Source: an uncultured Verrucomicrobiota bacterium (lineage in GTDB: Bacteria; Verrucomicrobiota; Kiritimatiellia; CAIQIC01; Lenti-01). From it: a stretch of 64,000 nucleotides of DNA. This document shows, one piece after another, positions 63,301-64,000 of the stretch. Made by a program: the position numbers and the translations under genes. The DNA lies in assembly GCA_964399775.1 (NCBI GenBank), contig CAYNSH010000002.1, positions 2,556-66,555 of the forward strand. Direction: 5' to 3'. The notes beneath the pieces are model-generated. The model did no database searches. It had not been told where the DNA came from and saw only the letters and a program-made list of their open reading frames with translations. Position 1 is the stretch's first letter. Each line of letters begins with the position of its first letter.

Positions 63301-63990
63301 GTTTACCGTGTACTCGCGGCTCGACAGGATGTGGTACTCCATCGTGATGGTCGTTCCGCAGGGCCGGATGCCCGACCAGCTCGGGCTCCCGTCGGCATCC
63401 GTCACGTACAGATCGCCGTATTCGTTGCCGCACTCGAGATAGCTGCGGGTGTTGCTGTGGCGGTTGGCCCACGAACCCGTCGAGGCCCCGTCGTTCAGCG
63501 ACATGCCCAGAATGCCGTACGGCGACCAGCCGTACACGCTGATGCGGAACCGATCGCCCGGTTCCAGCGCCCGCAGATCGCCACCGCCGTCCCCTTCGGT
63601 CCGGAACTGCCGCCAGCCCACCACCTGCATGTCGCCAGCCCCGCCATTTTGGTTGGCCCACATCAACAGCTCATCCGACCCGTTGTTGTCCCACCCCGCC
63701 GCGTCGCTGGCCCACATCGTGTAATAGCCCGATTGCTGGACAAAGGCCACCTCGTCCGGCGTGCAGGTCAGTTCCCCCGTCTCCCGGCTGCCGGTCAGGG
63801 GCGTGCCGCCTGTATAGTAGTTGATAGAGGACCCGGTGCCGTTGTACTCGAACACCGTCACGTAATAGGTCGTCTCCGGCGTTAGTCCCGACAGGGTGAA
63901 GCTGCTGCCGGCCCCGTCGTAGCAGATCTTGTTGCCGTCGGACTGGACATCCGCGCTCGAGAAATCCCCGTTCACGCCCGTGGGCGCCAC
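30343..63990 (-). CDS. Giant cell-surface adhesin-like protein: more than 11,215 aa in the window, 5'-truncated by the window edge so the gene continues upstream. It carries autotransporter-associated beta-strand (PATR) repeats, many Fn3-like modules, lamin-tail-like domains, and repeated beta-sandwich plus Fn3 modules.
   Basis: It is a single uninterrupted 33.6-kb ORF. PATR-type repeats include KLGAGTLTLSGTSSMSGDTTVSAGTL and GGTTISAGTLQVG. Fn3-like repeats include TYYVRAYAxNxxGxxYG and YHFxVFEYNGxG. LTD-like segments include FFTEYVEGSSNNKAIEIYNGTG and FGEFGEGNNWDKYVELYNATG. The stop is TAA at 30343-30345. Confidence 0.9.
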   Translation of the reverse strand: MAPTGVNGDFSSADVQSDGNKICYDGAGSSFTLSGLTPETTYYVTVFEYNGTGSSINYYTGGTPLTGSRETGELTCTPDEVAFVQQSGYYTMWASDAAGWDNNGSDELLMWANQNGGAGDMQVVGWRQFRTEGDGGGDLRALEPGDRFRISVYGWSPYGILGMSLNDGASTGSWANRHSNTRSYLECGNEYGDLYVTDADGSPSWSGIRPCGTTITMEYHILSSREYTVNIVGQDPKYDRTMSGTPGENDRIDGYSIYYNNDYSECDGDNKGNKNAYWKQETAVTNLGYVAFGGDNGTRTIYGKITDGTNPHCPDTPSPNVLLKLGTGTITLNHAGNTYSLGTEIQGGTLQVAADGSLGAVPESAIGSHLKLSEGTALVATDDFTMSANRGLTLLGWAYLAVADAKTLTYNGVITDGAESYYLVKNQPGKLVLGGANTFDGHFYVDRGTLTLNHAGAAGTGDIYLSSDAVGAGDATLQIASGLTLVNDIVARPLLADAVASIEKIGTGNATISGDIYLLGEDGGGTYVTRIANTETGDFTISGNIDLDFNDDDNRALEIVNAVLFSRDIINPGTRGLVLRGSGSPTFDGSIEANIFQDSGTATIGPNASFTEGTIYQLGTTDNADQVDQSAVLNFSVADTYDVSIAAGFFDDGGLETPGTRQFNFNHGSGTITLEGGVTIDAGGSAPGYYLRLNNAEPVTILGSLSGYGGIHKLGAGLITMAGDATYRSETLIENGSLKLGTSTALGDAEIVLGYNTTANNVALYVADTKELVTDVTVVTGDGTRTIGMNEAGTATLDATITLNKALILTTPASATLTVADGTEKLTGTGSVTKTGDGTVIIAGANDYSGGTTISAGTLQVGAGGTSGIISGNIVNNAALVFNRSDASTYAGVISGTGTLTKLGAGTLTLSGTSSMSGDTTVSAGTLLVSGSLEDSDVTVSSGATLMGNGTVGDLIIGGLVDPGNTVGGRGTLNAGAVTLQAGGDLRVDMYDVDGTEGTDWDLLDASGTITVNGSGTFTIYLHGSSTGFDNRTPYRWTIMAGTVSGFNAERFAVNAAGFDHDLGGGTFSIEDGSLDLIFTPLALSVPTVITDEVTEITPTSAKGGGEVTDDGNATVTERGVVWSTSPNPDTDSPNKSVVGDGMGTFTNFMGSLTPGRTYYVRAYAINSEGTGYGQEEEFEADCFDDVPVIQAATDVGGTSFTANWDALDGATGYRLDVSKYETFMAAGTREDLFTESMGTVGGTTAISTHEGNDGFDNNSYTMGDGGAANPADIRQTSVSDTYTGASGGANVFFTATAGERGFSISGIDSRGYADLLLSFGYRKEGGVDTDPMTYVLEWSTNSGSTWNTITISNMPASSAGAGWYLVGPLSVPAGATGSANLSLRWVKSGTIAGRIDDVRLSGLPMAPSFLDGYENLLVSSGTSQEVTGLEEGTEYFYRVRAVTDWCTSGNSDTESVTTIVDPPAEFSATPISATRIDLAFATNASQRNVVIAFALDPDDFEAPSGAPPAVGEPFAGGTLIYNGTGDSYEHTGLLSCTRYYYRAWSIAGTAYSEPLSDDAITATPAAPTGLEAIDVGTDEFTATWTAVSGAAAYRLDVSESETFGVSSTHNIFDEVETMGADGVGSTTAIATHESNDGFANTDLTMSGTGDIRNNTHSSGYTGASGGNNAFITTGGDKTFIISGIDSVGFTNMKLYYGIYKSTTTEDGSSMSIQASTNGTDWVSCGDVELPTGTGTATWHYRTNSIPDGMAGSNLRIRFLNTAASGPAFRIDDINLTGSALAPSFVDGYENLLVESGTSQLVEGLDEDTTYYFRVRAVGDGGCVSANSTTEDVTTDMSAPDAPAAFSVTPASVSSMTLAFTRNAAENNVVIVYNETGTFGTPSGAPPDVGEAFAGGTLVYVGGASPQTHSGLLSCTRYYYKAWSYDGALYSVTGLEDDDWTTTPAAPTGLHASETNATDFTATWTAAAGAAAYRIDVSTDDQFTEAPADYFVDFEGTGETKAAYASATVNLSGLDWDLTEALIGTIADDWKNGSRSVRMRGYGTSSMTMLENYTNGLGTLSFQYRRYGTATQVDWMVQISTNNGSTWVQVGSDFTAPASADVQTFSEVVNVEGDVRVRIKRATESGTDNRQLNIDDIRLTPYPGGGIVPGYDGLLVESGTSQLIEGLDENTTYYFRVRSVGDGGCESANTAVEEVTTRLGRPLPPATFTATTVNATRIDLAFTPNAQGDAIVIVWALDPEDFVEPDGAPPAVGNAFAGGTLLYHDDTETGLQHTDLDSCTRYYYQAWSYDGALYSVTPLEDDALTATPATPTDLHASATNFVDFTAAWTASDGAASYQIDVSEYADFETELQDATIVGWNFDDSDVVADSGLSMNLARELSTTAGTTPGTITFSAGVSGQAASANGWDSGSGAKYYEVSFSTLGATDLTVSSVQRSSSTGPRDFKLQYKVGAGGTWTDVAGGGITVADNWTSGVLTDVSLPSACEDEDIVYLRWIMTSNLRLNGVDDVASTGTSRIDDIVVKGDAMVASFVDGYENRSVPGTSVSVTGLVENTTYYFRVRAVGDGECASASTATEEVTTRISTVAPPASFTATAVSVSQIDLAFEANALGHPVVIVFNTTGNDDFTAPEGAPPAVGQAFAGGTLIYNGTGVSHEHTGLDSCREYFYRAWSYFDTETLYSMPLSDSATTFTPAPPTGLHASETNYFDFTAEWDASTGAAAYRIDVSQTDTFTGGYGASTLLLLASNAATTAGAITNDWSGWDLFTGSGYVGMIKPTSVITSSPFSTMGLTNLTVDLRARTYGGTAAGTTNIVISISTNNGLDWAVIGTVAPWVNTLQVMPTVTNTTHLGYPETRIRWQVPGADNTRGVGVERLVVQGWQAGEYTSAFVDGYENRLVELPDTSVVVTGLTENTTYYFRVRAVGDGGCVSENTATEDVTTDTGSPLAPVWLVATKGTFTDHVRVTWENVADEDGYTVWRHTLDLPGSGVEIGTTTANETTYDDDTAVPGLVYYYWVTATNAIGSSPMSPSYMNDNLGYRRLLAPTGLEASDGISTNHVEITWTGVEGATDYRLYRNIDPDPALGALSDMGLRTSGYLDTTAIPGQLYWYWVMAEANTSSSTSDWSIVDTGYRKLAPPPNVQATYDVHADKIVVTWSDVVGETGYALWRNTVNSFDGASYVNTVGANTLTHDDFTPAAGVEMFYWVLATNSTSLSTSDPQANGALGRRLNPNLPVVTTADLGGITAGTANGGGNVLSQGASPVTERGVVWSVNPNPTIADDMDTHATGGLGAFTNLLSGLLANQFYYVRAYAVNDSGIVYGAQKSFQTTCFLTAVPTGLHANPTNGTDFTARWDALPGATHYFLDVSEYPSFVEGGSDDPVIFENFAGFTALGGSLDRSANLDEYLADAGWTGDRVFENAGEAKLGTTTVKGFLTTPELDLSANEGLATLTFDAREWDGDNTVVEIQVAPDGETFARSGELIALTGDMTPYAHAITNGTETTKVRIFAFGANPERFFLDNWKIMQITGDPSYLPGFSNLYVSGTSQFVDGLETNSLYYFRVRAAGVGDCLSRNSEPKEVETRDLSPLGPSNVQATDGDFDDKVQVTWDASSGATHYILFRNGDDDTFNEAMEVDIFTSATLLYDDTATVPGKLYWYWVVASNAYGANVSGHDEGYRRLPVVADVAATDGAYTDKVEVTWTGLAGGSGQTGYAIWRSFTSDPESAECIGEAAHDETSFDDDNGFPGQLYYYWVRATNSESASMGLWGTSDAGYRKLAVVAPLDASYNTYDDMVRLTWDDSEGETGYSIWRSTVDNYTLLDPETHLIRLVEADESGYDDDEAVTGVEYYYWVLATNDTSQSQSDFQVSGALGRRAQVPPTVFTLGISNNILGSAMGGGDVLDAGGSAVTVRGVVWNTTGSPTIADSSTQDGSGLGSYSSLISPTAGGETYYVRAYAQNEERIAYGQVVTFVAECMDELPTILPATEITANSFQANWESSDGAISYRLDVSTNETFLGDYEPNVAVYHNGTLGQGTGGEWTETELIQSAGYLGFRTNAAVLITPPMDFDASTSEVLSFRARIFGGGGNGDFRNRITVSISLNNGEEWTELGRRTPVNTTMTAMEPFDLSAYDGTQIRFKLETLLSSGGVGAGITDVAVTNILDPLGVFIPGYADRTVEGAYASSEVVTNLLPEVNYYYRVRAYGSEICTSGNSATEPVTTQPYMAVWDGGGGNSRHWTVPANWVGDEVPLTNSIVFFYQDINGISSAINLDGDQVVRGVRFTDNASANVNIRSNRLSIFGGGVLVASDSSGEHQISADVALMQNQGWTNASAADLALSGTLTGSGAVQKWGTGRIVLSGEDSTWSGVMTVREGALQVRSASALGSTGAGTVVADGATLEVNGAGAAVSFDVEPLTISGSGVSGGGALRFVQNNVTWRGPITLAADARIQAASNSPAATGAIDIGAHTLAVGVDAEATELRLGGALVGTRDAADEYAVIKDGPSRLQLTGNNPFLTGNFHFQEGEIRIGSATAVGQIGLLVFGNNTVMKSSSAADYDISRPVRLDGNVSFGEAATRTGSLTFGGNINLGGAMRTIAVSNPVTKWVEFVGNVSNGGLTKAGPGLLVLSGTSTYGGGTTVSGGTLEGTTDSLQGNILNNAWVVFRQTEDGTYAGSMSGYGTMTKDGLGSLTISGVNTFEGITIVNEGLLIMEGSSAQSAHLVTGGGALLGDGTIGDLTIDGIVHPGADFDEIGTLNVSNVYLSGNGILRIDMADITGVAGTDWDRLLSAGSITVDATAMNPFRIEMVGDLTGFDPQQPWSWKIMDAAEPYLTGFAREKFVVDVSGLTGAGLDGVAFVVTEYGGDLHIEYQMPGIEVQGLNEAVIANGEDTPSLAKGTDFGLTSVNLPFEQIFWVKNTGLGPLVLGEVDVTGGGGYFSVAEQPPPTIDPGELGAFTISFLSALTGTNTATVSIPNNVYGQTPYTFDLRAVAGISAPSNLFVSADLHEMVRLSWIRSETPVILLHRSGEDFTGSPEDGTEYSVGASVGGGTVIYKGLAENLDHEVAQNTTNFYAIHSVAGTGGDSVYSMGVTAYEAYTPTFPAGRILEPFSRTNSLTLNGVDRGQGWSGGWAVNDGTFTIGTNSLVAPLGYPMVGGNLAQSTVGDDEEARATRNFASTLTTDLYISWVMRVENPGAAPYAGIDVLGSGGTRLFRLGLPEGSATAGIQRLPGGNSSNTALTVEAGLDYTYVAKMVKSTKTVYLLRYATTNIIQPAATDEPALANWHAVYRMNDLASTDIYGLRLAAGGTTGPGTVKWDEIRVANNWTNLFDVGRQPVWDGEGNQQWFQARNWVGDQLPRQGVEVVVFYKTINRNPIHFNPNAARYDLLGLRFDERAHESVVIGFPGGTANSIMYLWEQGLEIQNSSGSHTIAIPHIRLHRDHEWKSTSTNVFTFATGIQGDAKVTKTGPGRIHLVGTGAAGIRNSFSNTLTIAEGVISIQEPWALGATSHETIVTPEGALELRPIVSTIYTNEPLTLSGWGIDDGGALRNVAFSNRWTGRITLADHARIRADADSVLTVTGGIDGMNGNQDLYLGSDGPINIVSNGILENLRHLIKDSASTVTLSAASAWVGTTYLSNGMFRTLLPESTSPTTPFRISEGAVFNLSNFDQTIGSLEDGDDDEPGRAGEVWLGSGWLTTGGNGSNTIWSGEISGTGGLHKRGLSTMIMAGTNIYSGLTTISNGILVVRGATPYSHHHVVAPGILMGTGPVGDLTVAGTVDPGDEIDDIDIFESGDVLLSGDGVMRVDMTSIEGEPGVDWDLLNSYGGITVQGNGTFTFRPAGSPVGFDSASNYAWRVMSGVSPIEGFAVNRFAVDTSLFSPTLDGGQFSVMADGNDLYLTFTTGGGIPVWDGGGADARWGTAANWVGDMVPSADKIHTFYVGLDSGANIQLQANQSVRGLRFNDQADTSLVFSGSRLTISEGGIAVDAGSAGAHTLACLIQLNEDQAWTNHSDAAFTVSGVISSPGAHPLRKTGMGKVILSANNSFNGGLFIDEGSLQLNSSTNAMGAGTLTVGTNATLELNGPFNWRPVTTYLYGTGTNGGGGIRQISAGLGEWRGNVVLGEDSRIAIPAGSFATHGNLQAGAHTLYITNTFSFTMQAGQITGTKTDDDGALHKSGAGALFLRGSTLEGSLTIAQGVVRLAEDLTDGGGALRMLNTAVLTASNNAERIVAKPVVIEGNVALSAAGTFSGHLQLTNTVDLSGAQRIVSVSNLVTMSGVVDNGGLTKTGPGTLTLSAENIHAGDTIVSAGALVVSGTSVDSFHRVFSGGTLRGAGSIGQLAISGTVDPGNTVGAAGTLNTKTVTLNDGGILRVDMPSADMTGTPGVDWDLLVSSGDIGVPADPGLFAIRLAGAGEGFNPGIKQSWKIMDAGESVLNFDEARFWVDTSLFAPPLYNGQFSVIHDDENEDLYLAFVPSVEDADFFEVESAGPTSMTLNFYLNGAGQDVVIVYNDTGVFSSPSGVPPDMGEDFAGGKVAYVGGGQPQQTHEGLTSCTRYYYRMFSYYDGRYSDGLDDDDMTDAPPAPVILGATAIGNTSFIANWEATTGATGYRLDVSSNAFFTGGGVGTSSAFLHQGFESAPADNWLIYSGSGFISSDNLPTDSPSNGRIRTGSYSWQRRSGSATLQLAQSSIDGFASRTVNVHIASISTNNTNGADAADVVRIYVALDGAAFSATPDITLAGNNNARWGFNATGVVATVAGTPVSVSAPQGGGPNLNNYATARISIPDSASTLAIKIEAVNDAAAEVWTIDDVQITGVAVASSFVDGYENLYVDGTSQLVEGLEQDVTYYYRVRAESDGGCVSANSETQPVITTEDPPSAPLNVTASDGTSTNHVELEWTDVLTETGYYLYRGTSDVFGEAEHIQTRGMNVTNALDTTAVPGQLYHYWIVATNQNGAGLPSDPDTGYRKLPVVTGVAATDEVHLDKVVVSWTDGPGETGYAIWSSLYPDPATAAWLGTVAADQTSFDDESAVPGWFYYYWVLATNSTSESTSDWSASAMGVRIPIDAPEVGSLRLDGREMVRASITANLAGDEMLVLHSTTGPILTHPGPHTNYTQGTTIGDATIVYKGPAPGFQEHVIFANTTNHYRFYSIQEYGDPVTWYYSDGLIFGTPLITMPYPENVYSETFSYTNVTLSVGSFTNKSGGHQWTGAWSLSTAGEGHGWTVQTNGVSGLPVFAETKSNYPTVVGNRAVLEANGTGHNAARRTITTTNSGTLFVGAVVAYKWHGTDKYMTIGLMNGNDTEIEFGKVYGRQNYFDIRRNNANGDVSMYEMKGWDETGGTDNWYWMVIKYDFDEGGGTAYAKCFYQGNDIPYNEPALNEWDAVWSGMGIEQFTAIELKGGSDDGWLGGAIWDEIRVSSIWPELIGQPGLIPTPPIIDFGEVESTLSSNITVWIANRGGDNVPLFIDNDPAITLDGLDAESFTFSPDRFPDMLTYLQSNSVSVTFWPTNVGPYEATLWVQNNSGVNPYPIQIVGTGVPTVSTNLPEVKTYEVGEGRWLTDAMVTSGVYSVAAEVFHVRGILSASYDILDPEGGYVVQDEPFSLWESADGMTVRLSDEIRTGHWPAPPSDAYLLQVTMMASNLIGATQTMYTADGVVTTPDLFFTEYVEGSSNNKAIEIYNGTGVGVVLTNYGIRFQANNGTGWGGYTELPDVILGPGGTFVIVHELAADEDLLARADWLNTAVCNFNGDDSIFLMKGLGEEVPIDAIGSSPSGGYFGENLTLRRRSFVTANAPVYNALEWETLPIDTFDGLGWHDMDGALGLPMWITVEDDDVDAPVISLVRVNGTAPTAGTPGPGILFWDIPAEGLPITWNIQDTGSGLLAASHHYSLRLGTDVVAAGYLNGSEDGDGQSEAISQSVDVPKASLGHGEYVLGLAGADYDLEWVGDSLSTSNQYFFRILAGEIEVEPTSLDFGQVGVGLTSNLTLTVHNHGNTALTISEFEFIGTGFAFFEADRADLVVPANDSAEVTISFMPVGGGTFNWTLVLHNDSANDPALTVPLSGNCYDPETMPPVIVDYVLEDFLSTPNVVTDHAGANGELLATFTIYQMVGMQPVGASFDLIYPDGSMAVEDVPLSLVGTVEIEGQTCHVFEGVPPPFYPATLGFYTARVTAVSANGIEMINEVNFQAVDSGIQTLTETFDSVANNSGSYLSGTVEDADWGTWTFTDALWNQTLYGTKAPTLRQAGTLVSPALDRGLTQISFDYRRPFSESGSYEVDVLVNGDVVGTVTDMPPDTTTVYSFLATGLDYSGEVVISIINRAPAGGPNTKRITIDNIAILTEDVDASQPMIFEMIDEDIEGPIHSGFNVDDAVFSTSDVEFGLTVTGLVLDVQSGVFAASNRWTLYSNEIAIASGFMTMDPDENGAGIGDEPAGLSALIEAEHLETDAYQFMFRIESTDYDVDRPLDWITTTNDYWFWVTTFINAPTEVVAEADGAEMVVMSWNKNGAPDVLVLWSHSPITVESLPPDTSFAVNDTYEGATVAYKGPWDGFEQVVPVASLNHYRLFGAAGNFYSQTYAEPVENPVRTLTYESGEIVDQFAYTNLFTLAQNNLATGQGWSGGWQGDTHKYMVDDTNLVHGISEYPEPAANKLQWIDTSSYEVDSAVITRKLAASRAGRTFIAFMMNYLYDGESKYVGLSLMSGIDADVEEVFFGKLYNQIRLAGFEVPGEHTATSAYELNPGHGNDFMIVGEWDPVTKTIRMWAFHPTQEIHQNYDPDTAIATYTDAGLSIGTITGIRLGAGSAAGTGGDDKIELGHVYFDEVRVGSTWDEVLNFVPPKVYDYEGGVDLEGVHWISDAQLSAADHSYDVAFSLYHRSGIAEAEFTLLDQEDPETELYAPRQELVADGMWGSRYRFTQTVTDRLHTNDVALGAYTTRVWVTSTSLKATNTIMIAESGGADNLFFGEFGEGNNWDKYVELYNATGRDIDLSEYLIGSQTDPSKKYTTWNFCRIALEPTILPHGDTLLILNGGRWGSVSNNETVNQAMLDVLDNAGRPYLFTSNWVLQVSGDDPVGLFHQSNTNQWIDVCGIGPDEEVAARYIMSRLSDAEVPRPYPYQVEPTQWDFRDWDGDRDTGYANFLSTAGVYDRDVGRGEIIRFFVYDDDTEPPRVGPASVVKVGPDAGPFEELNKEPGSTEVVLTAWSFTNFSSIAAASAPWPGSLFKDGPAITWNPSYTLQLINTNTSTGTKENSWFGAYDQFARGEIYMRDVGTWGFGEGNLAWIQFELDLVAADELIFSWAENGGANGFNNARVLWSQTGAEDSFAAAGEWPAWKPNIGNVWTVRFLELSKVIPRGISKLYLRFEFSNYNADSGYYRMDNIQLTGYPEEFLVYDSDIAASDYKLRMRGNVYDTHSGLQVDQATMKMGARLGELNAAKTAERLIDDGKDPESALWWDVSLSREELTELVIASQTGAGIPLTVDVPDADADRPDDEAWLYGHLGQLRIIDNDTERPKLTLATMRPRSGIIAQWLYTDTQSLLPTRADSSVEVSAMQCLTTAGTFSVPRFEEKAPGQYAVRQTGWQWDSKFYHVELTPEADAAITNITFQTRVGNVEGPTHFYVRKFVGGEQVQVSGPHYFTGGTINTGTWYNMNISLSGANAFTLDAGVETQIRLHPYGAPHIGVSWSVYGLTMYQGETGDEGVTEVTDEEFASGAFQLRGSTWDAGSGIRGPNADDEAKRPMFSLSTPQGHPFVTDKPFNFEAEIECGDAQTEEEGVFYANLPTPTYTNLMLGEYRGHASVWDADDDRTDDDLQVRADLSFYVVDNDMTPPTEVGTIYVNDVPVPETAPDRLSVTWTNEPVFIINFSELAEDPVGDESLSEKQRGASGIGEYRVSAVNVDSLSNSNRAKIGRPFAVAATEGALANYGFEMLGDGLSWTLESNSSIQYLKDNPALVREGTNSLKQTSGGLAYQLLEFRNVEEEAPLVGVNGWYRSSDGATFRIEAFAADDPETVLATQDLSLPATGGGWTAFGLDPVAAGVNAGFETGDLSGWELFGSGYRISSHEYDVRSGSYGAVIDVDSESGPWHGLYKLIAVSEGETYQASIYIRTVDLDNSQSFLEVKWFDADGVAGGYQDEDKIGYVATAGITTDQDFTLAQLTDLVAPAGAVMAHVGVAVNKFGEIAEEDTDWHVFDDFSFGFQGGQSIGDGSVEVLKISLISGGGSETYWDALRLSVDVGANMPSMRFVADVENQGLIPQYLFAVDADNNRAGDRLAGPAKPFYIAYDVTPPTAVGIASQPLSVTTDTVDDPTTQFDLEWSTEGVGPDDPGHDNHPTKVSTDRDVLSPWGSYKIYYGTYDGMDVPEGDPGVGSGSAFIFTNFIATGHYTNWPSVMRGSSITDPSANPTYYDALSDMSQDTIRLYDLDFDQEYAVVIVGVDAAGNEGSANVHGWATNNTIRFAITSGWVVAKAKAQEAFGEHEAFTHTDADNAVAMGWIAAGQKDGIGTVSREYDLIYWDAPRFQETPDSTWLKVATIQTNWFVDDGGQHRTRGQMRFYRASYKDRWLREVDGKPQRPMVTEEVYALHNVILSRGHNYVALHGVPYTNTFAAVFGGTNVFPGGTSAMPDSGGTVVEFYNPGVNALLGEAYYLTTDNKWLKAGGIDVTDVVQSEDFFNRGFSITLPDPLPEYYRHTTAQDIDQTDPSTGGPLQLDAMIWSPVLRVPTNGFSQVIQTGRAAVFDPNQPGRVEIAPEILSYNLVALRLPVAATPGEMGLLEAGLTKGYKDFADHIYTWNTATKSPRSGSTIYAAENGVFRFVANDALVGAGYFKPNDVIVIVSRNQAPPDKQDPPGSGNWTWRYHPRDFYSLPTRWIEPSTALRLPSANLSFSFVGDTFMRLNWDRGDGQNRIVVARQGSPVSWIPENGFDPAPYVQNNFATATDMGGGHKIVYDGNRDSFTLSGLAPVTTYHFVIYEYQGVGAQTVYLATGTPPEGSQTTRASLPTTQASNLQFSNVGQDQLTLSWTSGNGAGRIVMARKNGPVDVNPIGGSNYYASAAFGQGPELGNGNYVVYVGNGSSVNVSGLTQGNTYHFQVFEYNGSGDSLNYLIGGEPAAAKRSILSPPPTAPPTALSLTVVNPSTLTVTWENGGGDGRLLIVREGYAVNWTPTDGMVPPGINAYFPGAAPLTPFPANKACYLGPEDSVTITGLTPGWPYHVKLFEYNGTGEALSYNTDNAPTATQVMPE

Positions 63991-64000
63991 GCCATCGGTC

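Overview
This is a high-GC bacterial chromosomal window (GC appears to be about 65-70% by eye), so almost every region carries long spurious antisense ORFs. The gene content and PATR-type repeats suggest a Verrucomicrobia/Planctomycetes/Kiritimatiellae-like organism. The window has four blocks. (1) Positions 1-23.8 kb hold housekeeping and cell-envelope genes: an hypF N-terminus (found by manual translation, missed by the ORF track), plsY, a TPR/SGNH-like membrane protein, an ATGA-coupled minus-strand operon of a membrane protein plus two GT4 glycosyltransferases, a ClC channel homolog, gltBD, glgX, an amidohydrolase, an inositol monophosphatase and a secreted hypothetical protein. (2) Positions 24.1-30.3 kb form an unusual accessory-like segment. 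It holds an extremely AT-rich palindromic element whose 19-mer recurs inside a CDS 5.2 kb away, and a minus-strand operon of yifB/comM, a zinc metallopeptidase and two tandem paralogous secreted proteins with a cytidine-deaminase-like PCxSC motif. It also holds a phased array of six 19-bp palindromes with DnaA-box-like half-sites (candidate oriC or iteron/operator array) and an NTP-transferase::kinase (MurU/AmgK-like) fusion gene. (3) Positions 30.3-64.0 kb are one uninterrupted minus-strand ORF of more than 11,215 codons that is 5'-truncated by the window edge, so its N-terminus lies outside the window. It encodes a giant extracellular PATR/Fn3/lamin-tail adhesin-like protein with internal tandem repeats of about 1.1 kb. 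No rRNA, tRNA or CRISPR was found.
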